Source: Iphione sp. A-MEVVRFRX5 (Eukaryota). From it: DNA of 64,000 nucleotides. Positions 1 to 13,690 of the stretch are shown piece after piece. The DNA lies in assembly GCA_976226885.1 (NCBI GenBank), contig OZ320320.1, forward strand, positions 64,480,001 through 64,544,000, written 5' to 3'. Under the pieces are notes generated by a model. That model worked only from the letters and a program-made list of their open reading frames with translations, had not been told where the DNA came from and did no database searches. The first letter of the stretch is position 1, and each line of letters begins with the position of its first letter. The position numbers and the translations under genes are program-made.

Positions 1-3000
1 AACATGAGAAATCCGGTTGCTCGGGGGCCAGAAGGCGAAGGATGTCTGTTCATGTATGTGTAGGAATACCCCCGATTTCATCCGCATTTCAATAAGCAGG
101 CCGTTAACATAAACTCGCCATAAACTTTCTCTTCGCCTGGGTCTATCTACGCATCATCGTCCTGTATTATGAAGGAGAAATATGGCCCCTTCGCTGACCG
201 CCCATGCCGGTTGATACAATCATCGCCGCCTACACTGGAGTACCGGCCCAAGCGCAGCGTCCATCACTCACGTCCTGCCATCTACCGGTCCGTTCACATA
301 ATGAAACACCACCTAGCGGCGGAAATTAGCCGGCAGAAGGAGCCACTTGGTGTATCACGTGAGTGCCTCACCGTGCCTGTGATGTCCCAGGAAGAGTAAG
401 AGACAATGATCCAGCGATAAGAAATACCGCACCGCCAGCATAGTACCGCTACTACCACCGCGCCCACAACCAGCGCTCATAATCAGCTGGCTAACTGATA
501 ACATTCACGCAACCGTCCACCACCATGCCTACCCGCCTCTCCATCTCTCTCGCTCTCTCCCTCCAACGAGCTTAATGAATTAAGTTAATTTACTCGTAAT
601 CTCGCTCGATAATCCTGCCTCCATTCACCATTTCGGTCTCAATCTCTGGTGTATTGTAGCTGGGTCCACGCCTTAGCATCGAACATGGGACGGTTGGGTA
701 GAGAGGGGTTGGAGGGACGGCAGGGAAACTACACCTCCAGATTCCCGAGGTTTTCTTCTTCCTGTTCATGTATATGACTGTACTATGACCACTCACAGCG
801 AGATTTATCACTATTTTCATCCAATAACACAAACTGTGATTCTGAACTATCACGAATAACGCCCTGTCCGGTTTAAATTCATATCCTACTCGTAGAAAAA
901 CGTTATGAAATAAGAATTCTGTTATCGAAAGTATAAACGTATTTAGAGTGCATGAGATTCTCAAGAATATAACCAGCGAAGACGTCCACGACAAGTACCA
1001 CTTCGAAGGAATGGTTATCAAGAAGCATTCCATACTAGCATCCTTACAACATTCAGATCCTCTTATCGCGAAATTCGTCACCAAGCCACTGGGTAGCCAT
1101 ATTAGTTGACAACAAAAGCCCTCTCAAGAGCACCGGGAGATAAGGCAAGATAAGGGAAGGTACTGAGCATTGGATGCTGGCAGGCAGATAAGGGCTTGTT
1201 AATGGTCTTATTTCCTTCTCTCCCAAGGCTCAACAGTATTCTTGGCGAGCTGGCAGCTTGCGGGCCACAAGTGTCGAAGGAGACTAGGGGGGCGGCCTGC
1301 GTCAAACCAGCCTCAGAGAACTGGCCGAGCATGCCCCAGTGAAGAACAAGTGTCTGTATTGACGCCCTTATTAAGACGACCTTGACTATTGGGCGCAGGC
1401 TACTGCGATGGGTGGCTACCCTGGGAGCTGTGTTCACTTTTGGGTGAAAAGTTGTGTGTTAATGAGTCTATATTATTTGTATGTTTTTATAAAGTATTCA
1501 TTGCTTACGTCTATACGAAGCCATAGTATTGAAACATCCTATTTCAGTGGCATACGCCGTATTATAGGATCTATAGTCTTTCTGAGTCACTTGCTGTCCG
1601 ATACCCCTTGAAGGATCTCATCTCTAACCCTGACCCTATGAATTAACTTCTGGTGACACAGAGACATGCGTTGCAATAGTCAAACAGGACATTCTGCATA
1701 ACCATTACTTGCATCATCTTTCAATGAAAGGTCTTGTCAATGGTAATTTTGAAAGTTTTATATACGAGTATACGGCTTTAGAGTGAATATATTGGAATGT
1801 ATATATATATTATCCAATATTACTCATGTGGTGTTTAATGCACAAGTTTAGCTATGATCTACTGCAAATGCCTGCTGTTCAACAAGGTTACTTGCACCTG
1901 CAGCAAGCCAATACACTAGAACCACAACATTTTGCTTTATGCAAGCCTTTTTTTCTACAGTATTTCTCTATTAGAACACGATACACCAACTAAATGGGAT
2001 CATTCACTGAGAACAAAGGACGTCCAGCTAAGGGAGGTTTTACCGTTTAGAGTGCCAACCACTGCAGCAGACAATCCTACGACTCTTGGCCTGGAACTCT
2101 TGATCATGACCAAGTGAATTCAAATAGGCTTTGAAGCAGAGTGGTATACAACTTGTGACAAACGTTGAGAGTACATAGGATTCTCTTCCCTACACACTAA
2201 ATGCGAATGAACTATTTGTTATAAGATAAAAGACAGAGGTAGACTACACGTTCGTGCAAGATGAGAAAGGGAGATATCTCAATGTAAAATTCGTGGCTTC
2301 AGATGTGTTTTGATATTGTATGAAATATGGGGCTAGAGAGATCATAATTATTTGCTTAAAAGGTTCCACTTTATTTTAGCAAAATGTAATTTGCAGTAAC
2401 AGCTTTTGTTCATAAAATAGAATGTGACAAAGGCTCTGTGAGTAGCGTTTAGATGTGAAGGAGGGACACAGATTCAGCTATGTAAAACATGATGCATGTG
2501 TGACTATAGACGTAGTCTGTTTGTGGATTTTGTGTGTTTGTGAAGAGGGTTTGGTGGTTAGCTCTCTACGTCTCCCAGGACAATCCGGTGTCATAACCAT
2601 TGTTCGTGGACCTAGTTAGTATTCCCCTCGGCTCTTCCATCGAGGGCTGCAATCGATGTAGCGCACCTCAGTCTTTACAACCGGTTCAGCCCAGTGCCTA
2701 CCAATGTATACAGATGTGTCACAGCAATGAAGCATTTTGCTTTGTCCCTAATCAATCTGGCATAATTGACAACGTCTCTTTGGGAATAGGGATACGTTTT
2801 CTACATTAAGCAAATTCTATCTTTAAAACAAAATATTTTAACGAACGCAATTCTTATACGTACAGTTCTACGCGATTCAAAGTTTACATTGCAAGCCGGT
2901 GTGTACCTTAGACATATAGCATGTTAGTAAGACCATTGCCAATGGATGAGCAATTTCTTTGAATGACAGTTCATAAAACTGTTGGATTATGAGAACGGGA

Positions 3001-3310
3001 CCTATTGATATGCACAAGTCTTGTTTTTTTAAATTAGTAAAATTTTATATCGTCATTTATTTCATCAAATGTTTTATGTTGCGAATACAGCTCACTTTAT
3101 GTTCCTAACCGATGGTACACTGTCAGGAGGCACAGTACTATCTAGACTAGGGTTCACTCTATGCACAGGAGTGGTGTCATCGAAACTACAACATATAAGG
3201 GGGAAGAGGTCTGATTTGGGAAAACAAAGAAAATAACCTCTTGTGCCCGTAAATGTACATGCAAATTATTGGAGGCACGCCCATCCATAACCAATGATTC
3301 ACATCTTCAC

Positions 3311-3390
3311 ATCTATTTATATTATATGTATTTATATTCTATTTATAATGTCTATTTATATTTATATCTATTTATATTCTATTTGTATGT
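3311..3390. repeat. Degenerate AT-rich tandem repeat (CTATTTATA-like units)
   Basis: About five imperfect ctatttata/tatttatat units in a row. Confidence 0.75.
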
Positions 3391-5015
3391 AGAAGTTGAC
3401 AGTTTCAGCCCTATGGCTTCGGACGTGACTGGGAGAGGGAAGCCTCCCAAATGTGGCTGCCTTAGCACGAATGGATTGGTTCCCATGCAGTTCTGGTTGT
3501 GTATCATGTCTTTGAGGTCGGTTCACTATCGACAGACTTTAGTGTAGGGCGTTTATATTTTCCCACCGTGAGGGGCATGTATAGTAGTAACCGTCTGTCT
3601 TTTACGGACCTGACATGTTCCGAATGCAGGTTTGTGGAGCACCATAGGCATGCAGTTTAGGGGCGATCCACCCTGTACAATTCTCACTACCAGCCTGCCC
3701 AACTTTTAGCAAATGGCCTCTGTTACGTTCACGTCTGTCTGTGTTCCCGGTTCCATCGTTTATTCCATGATAACCCTACTGTAGAAGTATTTCCGTGAGT
3801 TAAGCTTACCCTAATGGTTGATTCTTCTCAAATAATGTGTTGCTCTGTATAGACGTCTGGATTCAAAAAGCTTCTGACGTGAAGAACAAATTAATCCTCA
3901 TTGTGTGGTGCGCCAGGGTGTACTCATGGAGCTGACAACTTGCCCACAAAGGTCTACTTCAAGAGCAGTGCCACCGAGTTATAAACAGAATAATTACAAT
4001 CTGCCGCTTTCCGTAACGTATCAGTCCCTGTCTGTGCCAATAGCGCCGCAATTCCGTTTCATTAAACAGAAGTACTGCCATCAGGTAAAGTGATACACTA
4101 AAGTGAACGATGGGAGGTTTAATGCATTTAAATGATGACCGAGGTGAATCGAGACACCAAGCATTCACTCCACAGCTGTGTTGGGTTACTTTTAATTATG
4201 CCCCTGAACGGACTTGATTAATACAGATTCGCAGAATGCAGCTTATTTAAAAAGAAATACAGCCGAATAGTTCGTCTTTCCCCCTGGTGCTAATTGTATC
4301 TTAATGAATGTCTTCAAGGAAACGTCTGGGATGTTATCAGCCTGGAAAGTTAAACAAAACACAATTATAACTTCTCAACGGAATGGGTTTGGTGTGTACC
4401 GTGGATTGTAATTATGACCCTGGAGGTTACCCCTTTGGGGACACGTCCCCTGGCTCTATAGATGAACCACCGTTTCTGACGTTCCCTGCTGATAGACTTA
4501 AACGTTATTTGTGCTCATTAATATAATTTAAATACTCATTTTTGTAATAATTACGCTCACGCAGTGTCTAGAATAGAAAGCTCACTAGGAAGGACATTTA
4601 AGGGCTTTCTGTATTATGACCACGCCAGGAAAAAGAGCAAGTCACAGATAAGGGCATAACTGCTTGGTCCTATTGGTGGCCTAAGTCGCCATTGAGCATG
4701 TATCGCCTTGATACTTGACTTTCGATTGTGATCAAAGGTATCATGGTAGCGTACTACCAGCTTTGCCCTGAGGCCTTCTACAAAACTAAACAAGCACAAA
4801 AATATATATTTGATATCAACTAAATATATTTATATTCGAACTATGGTCACCTTCTTCATTTCTCTGTGCGCTTAGAAGTATATTGTTGGCAATATATCAA
4901 ATGTTAAATAGCCATGGATGAGTGAGCACTTTCTGTATGGTCTGCCATAATTGCTTTTATTTCATGCCCACAAGAAGCAGACTGATCTGTGGCTTGTTGG
5001 TCTTCCTCCCTGGTT

Positions 5016-5065
5016 GGGGATTCAAACCGGGGTCTTCAGGTAAAATATTGTCCGACAACTGAGTT
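5016..5065 (-). mobile_element. Degenerate tRNA-derived SINE head
   Basis: Minus strand reads aactcagttgtcgga (A-box-like, cf. AGCTCAGTTGGTAGA), then ctgaagaccccggtttgaatcccc (B-box-like, cf. GGTTCGAATCCC) at tRNA-like spacing. Too degenerate to fold as a tRNA. Confidence 0.4.
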
Positions 5066-7313
5066 CATTTCCTCTGCGGAAATATGTCCGTAAATCATTC
5101 ACAAAGTATACTTCCGCATTTAATAATGGCTTAGCAAAGAATTCGTGAATGAAAGCCATGTTTAGTGAAAGCTTCAGAAGAGTTTACCGTATTTTCATGG
5201 GTTCAAGGCATATTTAAGTGAAATCCCACTAGAATTTCCTGTATTTTCTTAAATTTAACACGTCTTAAAATGACCTACAGTCAAAGAGAGACAGGCGGCG
5301 GGACAGGTACAGAGATAGAGACAGAGAGGGACGTATCAGTCACGGTACTGCAAGAATTGTTTATTATCCCATGTATGAAGTACGAGTAGTATCAACGCGA
5401 TTAACCTGCAAAATATGTCCTTGGGATTGGCCTATGCATCACAGCCAGCAGGTGTCAGATATACACCTCGTCACCTCTGTCCTTGATATATCGCCGACAT
5501 TGCCTAATTCGTTGTATACCCTACACATGTATAGTCTAGGTTTTAAGTAACTGACAAAAAGACACATAACTCATGAATTTACAATGTAAGCACACGCCTG
5601 AAACTAACTATCTTCCCTATTTATCAGCAATTTGTTCCCCTCACTCGGAGCATAAAAGATATGAATACACATTATAATTCAATCCCCTGACTACAGATTT
5701 ATCTCATCACCCTACAACCCTCAGTTTATCTAATACTTACGCAGGACGCAGGACAGAATTGCATGCATACAACCTAATGCAGATTGAAATCATATGTTGC
5801 TATGAGTACACAAGTCTAGTTATGTACTCTTTTTTAATATGCAATTATCCCTCGTCCTATTAAACTTCAACAATTGCATTTCTTTGTTTTCTGAATCAAA
5901 GAAATGTGGCCTGAGACCATAAGTCAATGTTTTTCTCCTCAACAACCAGATTCCCTTGTCAAGTGGGCTAAATTAGCTGCAATGAAAAAATCCAGTTATG
6001 TGGATCGATTATATCTACGTGGCTATAACAGTAAATTTAACTAGTTTCCTATGGATTTATATATAATTCATCTTCCTCTAATTATACCCTCTCCAATCAG
6101 CATAATATTAATACCCCTCCTGTTGACAATTCTCAATATTAAATAAAAATCCTACATTGGTCCCTTTAGGACATTAGCTCTTGATACAGAATCCACATGC
6201 CACTAGTTTTCCCTATTGATGAGTCTAGGATAAGTACAGAAATCAAGCTCGTGCTCCACTGTTTTTCTCACCACCCACTGTCTGACTGCTGAGATTGTAC
6301 TGTAAACAAATAGGAAATCACACAATGCCTGTGTTTGGTACAAGTTAATAAAGGATGGCTTGTCCCTGCTTTCTTGTTCAGTAAATTATCCTAAAAGCCA
6401 AACGTAAAAAAAAATCCCTTTACGGATTCTTGGCAACGTAAGTGGGTTAGGAAGGGTCGATTCAGGTGAGGTCCTCTAGAATGCCTGTTTTTCGTGGAAT
6501 TACTAATTTCCTTCCTACAGTGTCTTTTCTAATGATTCTGAAAATGGATGTGTTTGAAAGGGCACTGGGACACATATCCTAAACACCGGTATTGTATTAA
6601 TGCATTGACTTCATTAAGATAATCCTTCATCATTACTTTAGCATAATGTTTCCTCTCGTCTTTCAGGTCAATCATTTGGAGACACTCGTCTGAGCTGCAC
6701 AGTCCAAGGTAAGCAGAATAATTTCTGAATAATGCAGTCAAAACATCAGGACATAAGAAAAAACCAGGGCACAATACAGGCCGTTGAGGGATGGACATGG
6801 TTTTAGATTTATAAGAATAAATCATCCAACCTGGTTAATTATTATGAGCCATGAATTTTAAACTCCCTTTCACAGCAATCAGTCTTAGATTTTAAATGAT
6901 ATCGCCAGTGCCGTTAGAGGACGTTATGATGACAAAGAGAACTATTCACGGCCTTAATTGGAGAATATATCAAACTTGTGAGAATGAAATGGCCGTGCTC
7001 TTCAGATTGAAGGGTGTCATTATAGACCAGCCTGCGTATAAGGACTTTCCTATAAGTAAATATCGACTGTATCTTCCACAAAGAAAGGTACCGTGAAGCA
7101 ACTTTGTAGCCGTCCAAGTCAAATTGGCACGATTAGATGGATTTAAGCTTATACATCTCGCTGTCCTCTTGACTACACCTCCTCCCGTTAGACCGGAGCT
7201 CGAGTGGCATTTCACTGTAGTTGGTATTCGGGCAGAGCCGGTTACTTGACTGAACCCTAGGGGCCCACCATCGGCATGGGTCGCGATAGAGTGAAAGCCG
7301 GCTTGTTGATTAC

Positions 7314-7316
7314 CAT
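7314..7316 (-). CDS. Candidate ATG-only alternative first exon (M|, phase 0)
   Basis: ggcggaaATG|GTAATC just downstream (minus sense) of the 7380-7600 promoter motif cluster. A second non-coding GTAATC donor lies about 20 nt upstream. Confidence 0.25.
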
Positions 7317-7379
7317 TTCCGCCGGACGCCGGGATTACCCTGCGCGCGCCGGCAGAAGTGAGGCTGTGACTCCAACATG

Positions 7380-7600
7380 ACAGGTCACGTGTGGGTAGAT
7401 TCAGCCAATGGGCGTCGAGGGCTCGTCCATCACGTGACTGTCGCGAAAGTATCGTGCTGCGTGTGTGTTTGTGTGATTCTGCGTATGCATGTGTTTGTGC
7501 TCGTGCTGTGACTTCGTTTCCGGTATAGTCGTCGTCGAGAGGAGACGGCCACCGATCATGACACATGCGCACTTCCGACTGCTATTGTTCCGGCTTCTCT
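7380..7600. promoter_or_regulatory. CpG-rich, possibly bidirectional promoter
   Basis: GTCACGTG (7384-7391), AGCCAATG CCAAT box (7403-7410), TCACGTGAC (7430-7438), ETS-like TTTCCGG and ACTTCCG, and NRF1-like CATGCGCA, all within about 200 bp. Confidence 0.65.
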
Positions 7601-7789
7601 TTCTCCGTTATGCGGTCCGTCGGTGTCTGGCTATCATTTTCTCTGTTCATCTTTCTTCATTACTGCACATCCGTGTCTCTCGAGCCTATCTTTACCCTAA
7701 CTAGGGTGATTGCGGTCGATCCCAATCCATTTCAATCTCCAGATCGACTACAAGGATTACCCTTCGCTACTTTTCCTTTCTGCAATCAT
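7565..7789 (+). other. Candidate plus-strand first exon (coding status unclear)
   Basis: Pyrimidine-rich stretch after the promoter, ending at CAT|GTAAGT (7790). The ORF 7565-7801 reaches this donor in phase 0, but its F/S/L-rich translation is expected from base composition alone. Confidence 0.3.
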
Positions 7790-8837
7790 GTAAGTGGGTG
7801 AAGAAAGTCGTGTTTTATTTTCTTTCCTGGCTGTTGGCTGCACATAACTCTCTCCCTTTATGTTCTGTGCTTTTAAAGTTTTGTCTCTGTGTTGTCTTTC
7901 CCTCCCATCTTCTCTCTGCATCTTTCCTCTCTTAGTCTCTGCATTGGTATGATTGTCTCTTTCTCAGTATCGACTGCTAGTTCATCACAGATACATATAC
8001 AGTACATCTGCATTGATCAGGCATTCCTTGGTTTTATTATTTCCTTACTACAAAAGGTGTACACCTATATAATATTGTATCTGTCCTATCCTTGTTCATA
8101 TCTGTTATCACTCTGTAACTTACTCCATGCAGTAAAGAAGATTTACCTCATTGAGGCCTGTAGAGAAAGGGCCTAGATTTAATCTCACAGGATGCCTCCG
8201 GGATTAGGTCTCTGGCTGCTTCACCGGCGATACATAGAAAGCACACCTTATTGTGGGATGTGCTAAGCGTGTCAGACTACTCAACTACCCGACCCTGAAG
8301 GCCCACACAGAGTGGATGTATTTAAACCAAGGCCGATGTGAATCACGTGTGAATAATTAATGTCTACAGAGGTAATGTAATCTGCAGAAAATTGTTTTTT
8401 GGGATACATTGTGATTATGACCTGTTGAGAATTTGCATTATTGACTTATTTTCTTATCAACTTATATTTACATGTTTATCGAGCTGTTGGATACCATAAT
8501 TGATATTTAATCGGGATTCAGTTTGTTTTTCGTGTCCTGCATTCTTATTTAAGAGAACACGGGAAAACTCTCTTCCTGCGAATTAAGAGTGAAAGTCGTC
8601 TGCAAGTTATTCGCGCTTATTTTACAAAATTAAACAAAGCTAAACTGGAAAATCAGACCATTGGAGTATTAAGGAAACGTAGAACTCCATTTCAGATACA
8701 GAACAAGTAGAGAATATTGAATATGTTCTTCTGTTGACGTGAAACGGAGGAGTGTTGGTTTGGTCTACTGGTTCTAGTGTCTGTAGGCCAACGTGTATTT
8801 AAGATCTTTTCTAGCTACTTCTTGGTCGTAGACTTAC

Positions 8838-8867
8838 ATGAGGTGGTAAGGATTTGCATAGAATCAT
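8838..8867 (-). CDS. Candidate alternative first exon MILCKSLPPH| (phase 0)
   Basis: Donor CAT|GTAAGT; TATAAATA on the minus strand at 8942-8935. An upstream ATG (8880) would give phase 1 instead. Confidence 0.25.
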
Positions 8868-11800
8868 TACGTTCCTGCATAGAATCTGCGGGTCTATTTC
8901 TGCCTCCTTTTCAGGCCCCGTCCCACTTCTCTGGTATTTATACGTCCACGCTTCTTCAGAGCTTGCCTTGTTAGTTATGGTTAGGGTTTGTTGGCAGTGG
9001 CAGGGCGGCGGCGACGTGGCCTAAATAATGCACAGTTAACAACTAATGACGCTAATTAATGACTCGCTATCATTCACGCTGAAGGCGTCTGCGCCATGGC
9101 ACTCAGATGGTGATTGAGGAAGTAGTCGTGATGTATGGGGGTTGGGGGTTGGGGGGGCGGCGAGCGGGAAGATGATGGACATGTTCGAGCGCAGGGTTCT
9201 CTCCGTGAATGGCGTTGGAAATGTATTTGAGGGACAGCGGGGATGCGAACTGATGGCTTCGTGCACGCGAGGGCCCTTCTTTCCCTATTTAAAGGAAGCC
9301 CTGCCCCGATGAACGGGAAGCCATACAGGAAGCCAGGTCAAACAACGTGTACGCACTGCCGCAGGTTATCTACAGGGGAAGGTTACTGAGGAGAGAACAC
9401 ATTGTAAAACACGATAAAAGGTCGCGCGAAACGTGTGTTATGATGGGGAATAAAGAAACTATGGCATAGGTATTGTAAAAAAAATAATTATGGCACGAGG
9501 GGGTTGATGTGAATAGATGTGTTAAAAGCTACAGAATTCGTACGCTACGAAGAACGAGGTTACAGAATGCCTTCAGGTAATACTTTTGGTTCTGGATAGT
9601 AGTATCTCAAGGTATTAATTTTTCATTATATAACATGCCCCGTCTTATTGAGAAGTCATGTTTCATGAGGATCGTCCTTCAGGAGTAGTACATTACAGTA
9701 CAGATACATGTCTTAAAACATGTGAAACTTGGGCTACTCGTTAGTTGTGTAGGCTTTCTTTCTGATAGCCAATTAGTTTTGAAATGAAGCTTTGTCGATT
9801 AAATGCATCATCGTACATTCCATGCCTAATATCAGGGTCTTCTGTTGATGGATGCAAACTCTAAACAAAATGTATTGTAAATGCAATTAATACGTGCTAC
9901 ATATGTACGTTGAAGGACATACATTGTATATATGTACATTAAGTTCTTTTGTTCATTCATTCTAGTCGTGAAAACGACATTGTAAAGAAAGAAAGTGACA
10001 CGACAAGTCACAACGTAGGGTCCGCTTCTCCATCGGGCCATTCTGCAAGAAATGTATAACTGTCAAATATGCCTTCACTGGTTCTACCTTTGTTTTTTTT
10101 CTTTAATTCATTTCAAGCAATTCAGCCTTTCATTTCGCAACAAATGTATATACATTAGTACTTTGTAGGGAGAACAACATCCTAGGCCACGGTATTATGG
10201 ACCTGCACAAATGTATTGTAATTTGTAGGCGGATCGGACTAAATACAGAAGTCATGCCAGAGGTGGGTGTGGACAGTGAAAGTTCTATATCGGCCAATAA
10301 ATGCGTTCTCTCCCCATCCCCAACTCGTTCGGCATGACTGTCCCTCTGGTCAGGAGCGGCTGGTCCGTTCTGTGTATCATGTACCCACTTGGGGATAATG
10401 GCATATGACCAACATAGAAACCGCACCAAGAAAACTACCGCCTCCCAACATCAAGTTCCACCTCGGTGTCTCCCTAGGTCTAGGGAAGCTGAGAGATGAT
10501 TATTGGTAAGTGGATGAGTAGAACGTATAATTTGTGCACGGTGTTAGTCATAGGTACCGAATGTCATCGATGACACGATGCGAACCTCTCAGGGATGAGG
10601 ATGCATACGTATCACCGACGTAACTGTAGTATTCCTATTGGATTGGACAGTAACGAACTGCAGGGCAACGGGATAGGATTTTAAATTATGCTCATTATAT
10701 ACAAAATTATTGCCTCAAAGATTTCAATCTGCATTATTAGAATTTAGTGTGTATGCCATAACGGCTCCCTGCTTCTAATAACCCGAACATAACGATAATA
10801 TCGATGTGATATCGTTAATCGATATACCACGTACATAGAGGGTAGGGGGCAGCTATATCTCAGAAGTGCATCAAAGTTGCTGAAAGAAACCATGTGGCAT
10901 ATTTTTTAAATATCAAAAAGACGTGAATGCTTCCTTACATCCATGTGTACATTATGTTTCGGTGTAAGTTCCTTATAATTAAACCCTGGTATAATTCGAT
11001 GCATTTCTCAAAGGTTCTACTGTAGCTGTCTTTAAAAACCGAGGAACGTACGGCAAAAACCGATCATAATTACACACTGAGAAATGAAATCATTCCAATT
11101 GCAAAGACACATTACCTGCATCTATAGAGGGGTTGACCACAAAAGCTTGTAGTTCGTTGGATTTTCTCCTTAGAACCTACTAACCTTGTTAAAAGGCATT
11201 GCGGTAATAGGTTGTCCTTAAAAGGAAATCTATGTTTTGGGTGGTACTACTACCGGCGACGGGTAATGGTGGCTAATGTCCACCATTTCTCTTAATGTAA
11301 TTGCTGGAAATAAGAGATCTGTACTGCTTATTTACGGACGCTCGGCGAAAAGCAGAGCTACTTAAAAACATAGGGTGTTGGGTCTTAAGTAAATTCAGTG
11401 AAGCGACAAGGGAAATGAGTTGAGACACGGTTGCAATTGGCACCTCGAATACTAGGAGTAGGATTTGTTTATACAATAGCTGGTCAAGAACATTATCTGA
11501 AGTACTTTATTGTATTAGTTTTAAACAGATGACCTATATCCGATTGGGGTGTGTATGATCGACAGATTTACCCAAAATTGTGATATAGGACGCCTTTTTC
11601 GTCAGTACAGTACCTGACACTTAACACATTTTTTACGAACTGATCAGACCAATACATGAGTCATAACTACTCACTAAGGGTATAAGGTTTTGCTTGTCTT
11701 AGTGGACAAATGAAACAGTCCTCTTAATCATCAGCAATCGGCTCTCTGATGATTGCTACCTGATAAAGTATCTTTTTTCTACGTACTACTTACACAAACG

Positions 11801-12049
11801 ATATCCAACGTTTCTACAACTATGGATAACTCCGCCAAAGCAAAGTTCCTGACTATTGAATTCAAAGCAAGATTAAATGACGATAGATATTTTCCTTTAG
11901 GTTTCATATTCAACCCTATTCCATTCATACATAGGCAAATCGTGCATATTTGCACGATGGTAACAATGCCAGATGTCCTACATTAAACCCTGTATCCCTT
12001 TAAAGCAATTTGAGTGAAAGTATAAATGAATACTCTAACCAACTTATGG

Positions 12050-12916
12050 GTATATCAAATTTTGGAAATATCATTTAGCTACCATGAAGAGACAGTCACA
12101 TGACCTAGGAGAATCTCAAAATTTAGCATATTTACATATGTTTAGAGACATTTTAACAGAAATATTTCCTAAAACTTTAAATAACTGGTAAGTTAATGTT
12201 ATATTCAAAAGGTATTTCTGTGAAATATCAGAGGGTTTATCCCTACAGCTTTCAGAAATTTGTACAAATCATTAGGGTGAACAATACTTGAAGTATGGCT
12301 CATGATCTTCTGTATCTTCTTTTATTTTGACATCAAATTATATTATTTTATGATATAATATTTTCTTGTTATTACATATGGCTTTTATAAAATAGAGACT
12401 GTCTTTTGTCAATTTCTGCCATATAAATGATGAGTAAATTCATAGATTGTTTTATTGGGAGTCATATTTGACTAGTGCTCCTTATCAATTATGATTATGT
12501 CTACTCTTTATGTAGCCCATAATGCATCAAATTTGCATCAGTGATGGTGACACTTATATCGGTGCAATATTTTTGCAAAAACAGGTGACAAAATGCGTTC
12601 CAGAAGACATACAGTGACAAATTAATTAGGTATCATAACAGAGGAAATCACCTGCTGAATACTTTTTTGGTGGATCATTTTCTTCTAGGAGCAATATTTT
12701 TCAATGTTAACCTCCCAGTAATATAAATTTTCTAAATCATTTCTCACTTTCAATTCTGCTGTGTTGCCATGGCAACCAAAAAAAGTACATTTATTTTAAA
12801 AATAACATACAATTCAAGTGCTTTCACTTGACATTAAAACATTAAAAAGTATCTCTCATATTAAACCTTACAGTTCCCAATTCCCCAAAACATCATTTTT
12901 CATGAATCGGATAGGG
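12050..12916. mobile_element. Probable AT-rich non-autonomous DNA transposon remnant ending GGATAGGG|TTAA
   Basis: AT-rich, no ORF, contains the perfect palindrome GTTGCCATGGCAAC. Its last 12 bp including TTAA are the reverse complement of the terminus at 13125. The left boundary was not found and 12050 is approximate. Confidence 0.3.
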
Positions 12917-13128
12917 TTAAGGAATAAATGTCCCTTTTTTTATGAGAGTGACCTCCGGAAAACAGTCCCACTTATTTTTCATAACATAATCCTGTGAGCA
13001 CACTCTTGAGGCAGTGACAGAATTGTTTATTTTGTCTAGTTGTTCTTGAATATACAGTCCGGCACAGCTGGCAAACATATGATAGCTTGATAATATTTTG
13101 AACACTTAATCTCTTTTTACTGCATTAA

Positions 13129-13690
13129 CCCTATCCAGGCCGGTGATGCCCTGAGGCACTCACGGGTGAACGACGGCTGATGCCCACAGGCACTCCTATG
13201 TAAATGCCAAGTGAAGCCTTGAGGCATTATTTTGAATGTCAGTGTATCTACAATGACTTACCATAGAAATACTGCATATATTCTGATAAGATTTAGATCA
13301 AATATAGAAAAATAATCATACTTTATTCTAGTTTATACAGCAATAATGAATTCTGAAGGGAACATAACATTTTCCCATGAAAACTCATATTTTTTTCTGT
13401 TTACATAGAAAGCAACTGACATGCGGACTAAATTACATACCTGATGTCTAATTCGAAGTAAAATTCTCAAATAAATCCATATTTTTGTTCCAAATACGTT
13501 AATGAATACATACCCATACTGAATTCTCCTTAGCCAATTGAATGAAATTACTTTAGAGGGCTTATAAGACCGGGAAACGTCCTTGCATACATTGATGACG
13601 CAATAGAAAAGTACTGCCCTCTGTACAAAAGCTACAAAATATGCCGCCGTATGAGTGGATAATGTACCATCAGGTGCCACCCTTCAAGGG
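13129..13690. mobile_element. piggyBac-like non-autonomous element (TTAA|CCCT...AGGG|TTAA)
   Basis: TTAA at 13125-13128 and 13691-13694, with CCCT/AGGG termini and two subterminal TGATGCCCnnAGGCACTC copies (13144-13161, 13178-13195). The ends match only over 4 bp, so they may belong to different elements. Confidence 0.5.

Noticed and set aside
590-1084. 164-aa minus-strand ORF, with a partly open antisense frame
   Set aside because: GTG start, no recognisable domain, no clear splice boundaries.
6970-7572. Longest ORF (200 aa)
   Set aside because: It runs through the CpG-rich promoter motif cluster, where stops are scarce, and has no recognisable motif.
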